64,000 nucleotides of DNA, from assembly GCA_964016885.1 (NCBI GenBank), contig OZ024741.1, positions 343,170,001 through 343,234,000 on the forward strand, given 5' to 3'. The DNA is from Eledone cirrhosa (lineage: Eukaryota). The number at the start of each line of letters is the position of its first letter. Position 1 is the stretch's first letter. The position numbers and the translations under genes are program-made. The notes beneath the pieces are model-generated. The model did no database searches, was not told the origin of the DNA, and worked only from the letters and a program-made list of their open reading frames with translations. Of this stretch, positions 57,058 through 64,000 are shown piece by piece.

Positions 57058-57340
57058 AAGCTCATGGCTTAGTGGTTAGTGGATTGAGCTCAAAATTGTA
57101 GGTTGTGAGTTTGAATCCCGGGTCGGGCAGTACGTTGTGTTTTTGAGCAAAACATTTTATTTCACGTTGCTCCAGTTTGCTCATCTGTAGAAATGAGTTG
57201 TGACATCATTGTGACCAAGCTGTATCGGCCATTGCCTTTTCCCTGGACAACATCGGTGGCGTGGGAGACTGGCAGAGAAGGGCGAATGCAGGTCTTCCAC
57301 AAAGACACCTGGCCCAAGCTAGTCCCCGAAGGAGACCTAC
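57058..57340 (+). mobile_element. SINE family B copy
   Basis: Homologous to 33963-34295 (CCAAGCTGTATCGGCCATTGCCTTT.CCCTGGAC). Confidence 0.82.
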
Positions 57341-57413
57341 AATATATATATATATATTTCTTTTACTTTTACTTTCTTTTTCTGGTTTCAGTTATTAGAT
57401 TGCTACCATGCTG

Positions 57414-57542
<129 letters not shown>

Positions 57543-58106
57543 TATATATATGTATATATATATATATATAACAATATATATTGTTATATTTGGAGACGGC
57601 CATGATGGCAACACGACCATCCCCAAATATAACCATATCGGTTTTAACAAGAATCTTTCAGAACACACAAACGTAATATATATATATATATAGATGTGTG
57701 TGTATGTTTATGTATTACCAGGAAATATATGTGGATATGTGTCTAATGCCATCAACTGAGTGTGTGTGTGTGTGTGTGAGAGAGTATTTGATTGTGTACA
57801 AACTTTAAATATTTATATATCTCGGGCTTATATTTTATTTCATTTCATGTCTGTATTTCTATATGTTCGTATTTGGCGTGGACTCATAATAATTTTGCTA
57901 GCGTCATCATATAATAAACATTACTAGTGTTAAATGGCTGGCAACATTTTGTATTGGTTGTGGATATTATCATGTTTTGTTTGGATAGAAGGAATAAAAT
58001 AATAATTTCGCATTTATTATATTTCCTATATTAAATATCTCAACGAATGGCCCTATGTTTCTAGTAGTAGAAAAGCGTGCCATGGACTTTGGTGTTATGA
58101 TTATGT

Positions 58107-58278
58107 TGTATCGGTAGAGGGTCGGACGCCATGCTTTCCAGCATAGTTACGTCGCTATAAGGTCTGATTTGAAATCCCGTCGAGGTTAACTTTGCCTTTC
58201 ATCCTTACGGGGTCGATAAAATAAAGTACCAGTAATGCACTGGGTAATTGTTGGCCTCGTGTCCAAAGTAGAAACTAT
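58107..58278 (+). mobile_element. SINE family A copy
   Basis: GAGGTTAACTTTGCCTTTCATCCTTACGGGGTCGATAAAATAAAGTACCAG. Confidence 0.85.
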
Positions 58279-58890
58279 TATTATGTTGCTAGGATGCTTT
58301 GTTTTTCTTTCTATTTGGGTTAGGTTTTAACTGCTCCTGTGGTCTAATAATTGTATGTAAATCTTTCTGACGACGGTGAATGGTGAGAAGGTCGGATAGA
58401 ATGCTTTGATGTATTCGTTTCAGTTCTCTGCTCTCTGTGTTAAATCCTCCTAAGGTCAACTTTGCCTTTCATCCATTAGAGGTCGATAAAATAAGTACTA
58501 GTCAAGTATTGAGGTCAAATTGACCTCTATATCTTTTACGCATTTCCATTTTTACACTCAATTTACTTCTCTGGAAGAAATAGGCTATATTCAGACCTGG
58601 AGAGGAGATGGGCTCAAGTTTTAAAATGCCCAAGAAATGCCGTATGTAAATACAGTGACCCTACGACTCCCACAGGAGTAACGGGACTAAAAAATATATT
58701 TTAACACAACGAGGATGCTGGATTGGCAGAATTTTTCTTTACTATTTCCTTTTGTGTCATTCCTGATGAAGGGCAAATGCCTGATACGTTGATTATGTTA
58801 GTCTTTCTCTAAGCGTAAACTAATAAACTTTATGTTATTGCATCTTCTTGTTCGTTCGGTCGTTTCGGTTCGACGTATACACACACACAA

Positions 58891-59001
<111 letters not shown>

Positions 59002-59168
59002 TATATACATAGAGAGAGAGAGGGAGAGAGATGCAAATAAGTGTGGCAGTGTGCGCATTAGCAGATGTGACATATTTATCTATTTATACGCCACCCTTGA
59101 ATGCCGCTGAATTATTGCAGGCGTCTCATCTGGGGGAAAGAGAGAGAAACGTGTATACATATAATGTG

Positions 59169-59217
<49 letters not shown>

Positions 59218-59247
59218 TATATATATATAAGTATATATGTATGTATG

Positions 59248-59332
<85 letters not shown>

Positions 59333-59408
59333 GTATATATATATATTTATATGTATATATGTATGTAAATATATATAAAAATATTTACATACATACATAC
59401 ATATATAC

Positions 59409-59483
<75 letters not shown>

Positions 59484-59763
59484 TAAATACACACACACAC
59501 ACATATATATTTATATATATATATATGTTTATATATCTATGTATAGTGACTGTGCAAAGGGCTGCGTGTGCGGAATCATATAAATATATGAGATACGTCA
59601 TACGCAAGACAAGAATAGATATATCAAATTGTTATGGTCTCCAAGGTGTGCGTTATGTCCAATAATTCCTGCCTGTCACAAGACGATATCGCATAAATGT
59701 CTCCAGGTTTAAAGATTATTAATAAAAACAGACCTAAGTATTCCGAAATACACACACACACAT

Positions 59764-59871
<108 letters not shown>

Positions 59872-60095
59872 ATATCTATATATTATGCATATATAATGTA
59901 ATATACTGTTTCTATATTTATTACATCTATACACAGCGTGGTACACTGTATTAAATTATAGAAATATACATATTTACAAACATCAATCTTCACGACTGTT
60001 CTTACTCGTTTACGTTATATATATGCATTTATAATTGTATATATTTACGCTTATAAGTACACATTTATATGTACGTAGTAACCCATCCCAATATA

Positions 60096-60305
60096 AAGGG
60101 TGGCCCAAAAGTCACACAGGGGTCGCAAATGTTTATATTTTTTTTATTTTATAATATTTAGTAATATAGAGGTGTGACAAGGATTGACGAGTGCAAAATA
60201 ATTTTCATTGTGTCCTTTAAGTTGTATCAAAATTTCATATATCAATCTGTGCAATTCAGTAAGTTAATAAAATCTAAAACCCCGTGTGACCTTTCGGCCA
60301 CCCTG
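60096..60305. mobile_element. Tc1/mariner-type MITE
   Basis: TA-AAGGGTGGCCCAAAAGTCACACAGGG ... CCCCGTGTGACCTTTCGGCCACCCTG-TA. Confidence 0.7.
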
Positions 60306-61084
60306 TATATAAAGGGTGAGTCATAACTAATGGGGCAGTCAATTCATTTTTATTGCAAGGTTCACAATACATTGAGAAACAGGGGCAACCTTTCGAATTA
60401 TTCTTTTAAATATATATTTTTAACTACTTTTCTTTTATGTATTTATATTTTCGTTGGTATGACCAGAAATTGAATAAATATTATTATTTGGAATTATAAA
60501 TATTGGACTGCTTATTGCCCTGTTTATATAAATAAAATAATTAAACCATGACCGGATTTTAGAATGAGAGAGAAAAAAGAAAGAATAATAAATAAGGGTT
60601 CGACTAAATATTTAGTATGGAATAAAAATAGCGGCGCCTATTTCTTCAATTAAGATACACACAATTGGAAATTTAATATCAGCCGATAGCATTTCATATT
60701 GATTAAAAGTCAGAGCGAGGATCTAGAGAATTACAGAAATAGTAGAAATATAATAAATGTAGCCTATGATAAATAACATGAAAGTTCGAAAACATTTTAC
60801 GTAAGCCACTTTGGACAGAAAAGGCATTTACACTCTTCAGACCTGTCAACTATCCCCCGTCCGACGAGGAGATCTTCCACCCACTTTGTGGTGGGTGAGA
60901 GATGTCTTTTGTTAAAATGGGTATAGCTTTCATTATGTAAAATCTTCCCATTTTGTCTCATTTCTATCCTTTTGGGGGAAATTTTTTCATGGTACTCCCC
61001 GCTTTGGATTTTAGGGGTTGGCAGGTCTGACTCGTACAGCTAAAATGTTTTAGTCTAAAAAGTTTTAAAGTCTGACTCAAGTCA

Positions 61085-61352
61085 TGAGGCTTAGGCCAGC
61101 GCTTATACCGGTTTTTTTGGCATCAAGCGACTGAAGGTAACAAGACTCCCCCCACCTTAGACAGGATGCCAATCCATCGCCGGATTCATCCTCCAGTTAC
61201 TGCTGATACTGATACTCATTTTTAGCTGAGTACACTGGGGCAACGAGAAATGAATTGTTTTGCTCAAGAACACAACACAACCTAGTCCAGGAATCAAACC
61301 TACGCCATAATGATCATCCGCAAAACACCTTAACCACGAGGCCATACGTCTT
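61085..61352 (-). mobile_element. SINE related to family B (similar copy 55345-55570)
   Basis: Reverse complement: ATGGCCTCGTGGTTAAGG..GGTTTGATTCCTGG..TTCTTGAGCAAAAC..CCCAGTGTACTCAGCT. Confidence 0.7.
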
Positions 61353-62134
61353 CACTAAAATGTTTTAGAGTAATAAAGCAATAATATATCAATAACACGC
61401 CACGTTATAGACTAAATTTTAAAGCATCTCTTAAGTTAAACAGCAGGTTAAAAATGTTACAATAACCAGAGATTTAAAATTTTTGCACAAGGCCATCAAA
61501 TTTTGGGGGAAATTTTTGATTAAATCAACTTAATTGTTAATTTATTTTATCGACATACCCGAAACAATGAAATGCAAAGTTCCCCACGGAGGGATTTGAA
61601 CATACATGTACTTCAAAGCTATCTAGTTTTAAAAAAATGAAGAAATTATAAGTTATAGATTAAACTATAAAAGGGCGTAGAGTGAAATAACTCACCGTTA
61701 TTTAAAGTGCCCACAAAGTAGGCGATCACACAATCGATTTGTACATAAAGTTGACGTCATTAAATAATAGACTAAAGTTAAAAGCAGCTATATTCATAGC
61801 ATAATGAAGACTAATTATAAGAAGGAATTAACAAAGAGATCTATAAATAAAGTAACTTGCACTCTGTTACACGCGCACATAAATATTCGATTACTCAAGC
61901 CGACCCTTAATAATTTAAGCAAAACGTAAAATCCAAGTTTTCGTAGAAATTGAATTCAAGAATATATATATATACAAAAAATATGGATGAGAGGAGGGAC
62001 TGTGTGGTTACTGATAACGGCTGTTAGAAGGTAAGGAAACACAAACAAGAGGTGGATAGTCTCCCTTCGTCAGTAGTTAACTACGGGTCACGGATATATA
62101 TATATACTGTAAAGAACTATCGCATGACTTGGGC

Positions 62135-62263
62135 TTCCTTGCTGATGAGTGTAACAGCCCGGTTGTGTAAATATCTGCACATATTACGTGATTTTCTGAA
62201 CATTGAGGATCTATATCTGCATTTTTGAAGATATGTTGCACCGAAAGGATATCGTCCAAGGGA
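62135..62263 (+). ncRNA. Type I hammerhead ribozyme with long stem II insert, GUC site
   Basis: TTCCTTG-CTGATGA-GTGTAACA..(77 nt)..TGTTGCAC-C-GAAA-GGATATCG-TC-CAAGGGA; element ~62106-62435 lies between TA tracts. Confidence 0.8.
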
Positions 62264-62619
62264 TGAGAATTTCTCTTTACCTAAACACCGCCACACATCT
62301 GCTAAAACTAAATGTCTGCACTCTGAACGGCTGATTGCAATTCCATTATTGCAATTCAGCAAATTCATTGAGTGAGCTAGGCGTTGGCCGGGGACCGTTC
62401 AATTAATACCAGCGATCTTCGTTAATTTCATATAGTATATATATATATATATATAAAATGCTAAGAAACGAAAGGATATGTGTGGTTACTAAATACAAGG
62501 TTTAATATGGTGGGTTGGACGGAACAAGAGGAGAAAGGAAGAAAGAAGAAAGAAGAATCCTTCGTCAGCTGTAAACCCGCGATCCAGATGTTTTCGGCGC
62601 TTGTGTGTGTGTGTGTGAG

Positions 62620-62657
<38 letters not shown>

Positions 62658-62669
62658 TATATATATATC

Positions 62670-62825
62670 TAAGGCGGGTAAAATTCCCGAGATCCATGGA
62701 CGAGTTCTCTCCAGCGGTCTCTGTCCCTCATTATCGCTGCCATGTCCTGCGTCTCCAATAGACCAGTATCTGTCCTTAGGGCATCAACATACGTTAACCT
62801 TGGTCCTCCTCTTCTAGTGTGTCCA
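62670..62825 (-). pseudogene. 3' remnant of an RTE/RTEX-like LINE
   Basis: Reverse complement gives GHTRRGGPRLTYVDALRTDTGLLETQDMAAIMRDRDRWRELV, the same motif as 25755-26140. Confidence 0.72.
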
Positions 62826-63193
62826 TTATATATATATATAATGTATGTATATCTAGGGAGTGTAACGTGGAGTTACTACAGTATCAGCCGAATGAGCACT
62901 CGATGCGTAGTTTCCCGTCTGTAACGAGGTGTAGAGCTAAACAGAGTGTAAATAATACTAAAAAGGACGATTTGTTATATACACATATAATTGGTTTGTA
63001 GCAAATTTCCTATTTGTAAATAGTTGTTAAAACTATCGTCTCGTCCTTTGTCCATTTGTTACTATCCTTTGTGCACTAGAGCCAGTTATAGAAATCTTAA
63101 AGCACCGACACAACATATCTCTACTGGTCGACTAATAAGAAGGGACTACTGTCTGTATTCGTTTATTTTGCTACCTTACCTATATTTTTATTC

Positions 63194-63232
<39 letters not shown>

Positions 63233-63319
63233 TGGTGATCGATTGACGCAGAAACAGGCGAGTAGCGATCTCTAGACCTACCAGTTCAGAGAAACAATTG
63301 TCATTAACTTGGTGTCCTT

Positions 63320-63378
63320 GAAATATGTATAATGAAATAAATATGGTTTTATAAATATAGTTTCCATTTGTAAATATC

Positions 63379-63383
<5 letters not shown>
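63320..63383 (+). repeat. 3' fragment of the 41024-41382 hammerhead family
   Basis: GAAATATGTATAATGAAATAAATATGGTTTTATAAATATAGTTTCCATTTGT identical to 41317-41368. Confidence 0.85.
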
Positions 63384-63444
<61 letters not shown>

Positions 63445-63886
63445 CTTTATTAGTCTAAAAGATTTTAGTGAAGACATTATTATTAACAATGATAATAGAA
63501 AATATGACGATATACATATATACATATGCATGCATGGTCCCGTAACTCCTGATGGAGTCGTAGGGACGCCGTATTGGCATAAGGCGTTTCTAGAGCATTT
63601 TAAGCCTGGTGGAGCCCATCTTCCCAGATCTGTAAACAGAAGATTTCTCCCAGAGAAAGATAGAACGTGAGAGAAGGGGATTGAGAAAGAGATATAGAGG
63701 AAGAATCGACCTCAGAACTAAACTGGTACATTTATATCGACCACGAATGAATGAAAAGCAAAGTTGACCTCGTTCTAACGACTCTGCTAATTCACTGCTT
63801 TTACATATATACATATATACATATATACATATATAAATACATGCATACACATATATAATTAAATTTATTTAAAGAAGAAATTATAG

Positions 63887-64000
63887 TGGCTGAAATATCG
63901 AATAGAATGGTTTGCGGCTATCTGTCCTGCTTTCTGGGCTCTCTGATTTCAAACCTCGCCGAGATCAACTTTACCATCCACCCTTTCGAGGTCGATAAAA
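63887..64000 (+). mobile_element. Diverged SINE family A copy, truncated by window end
   Basis: GCCGAGATCAACTTTACC.TCCACCCTTTCGAGGTCGATAAAA. Confidence 0.65.

Noticed and set aside
58590-58690. Segment matching 63535-63632 in reverse, with CTGATGG
   Set aside because: Ordinary dispersed repeat; no hammerhead stems or GAAA.
62117-62368. 83 aa minus-strand ORF in non-repetitive-looking sequence, possible exon
   Set aside because: It is antisense to the 62135 hammerhead element between TA tracts; no recognisable domain.

Overview
AT-rich, microsatellite-saturated eukaryotic (animal) intergenic or intronic DNA. The (TA)n/(CA)n density and the dominant tRNA-derived SINE suggest a cephalopod such as Octopus, but this is inference only. 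No host protein-coding exon is recognisable, and nearly all listed ORFs are translations of microsatellites. The window is a graveyard of mobile DNA. It holds one near-complete but frameshifted Penelope-like element (PLE; RT + Cys-knuckle + GIY-YIG, ~5.5-8.0 kb) inside ~1.3 kb inverted repeats, further PLE endonuclease remnants, decayed LINEs (CRE-, R4/Dong-, RTE-, CR1/L2- and L1/Tx1-like), about 25 SINE copies, Tc1/mariner and hAT MITEs, and a non-autonomous Helitron. The main hidden signal is a set of about a dozen largely unrelated short non-coding elements, mostly sitting in (TA)n tracts, that carry type I hammerhead ribozyme folds (stem I - CUGANGA - stem II - GAAA - stem III - UH - stem I'). 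They occur as 460-650 bp terminally redundant monomers or as long fold-back palindromes, i.e. retrozyme-like or PLE pseudo-LTR-derived units. One is an essentially perfect GUC hammerhead (39653-39734), one three-copy family has a non-canonical CAGAAGA core, and one core-like motif flanks an antisense tRNA-like cloverleaf. All pairings were read by eye, and coordinates of decayed repeats are approximate.
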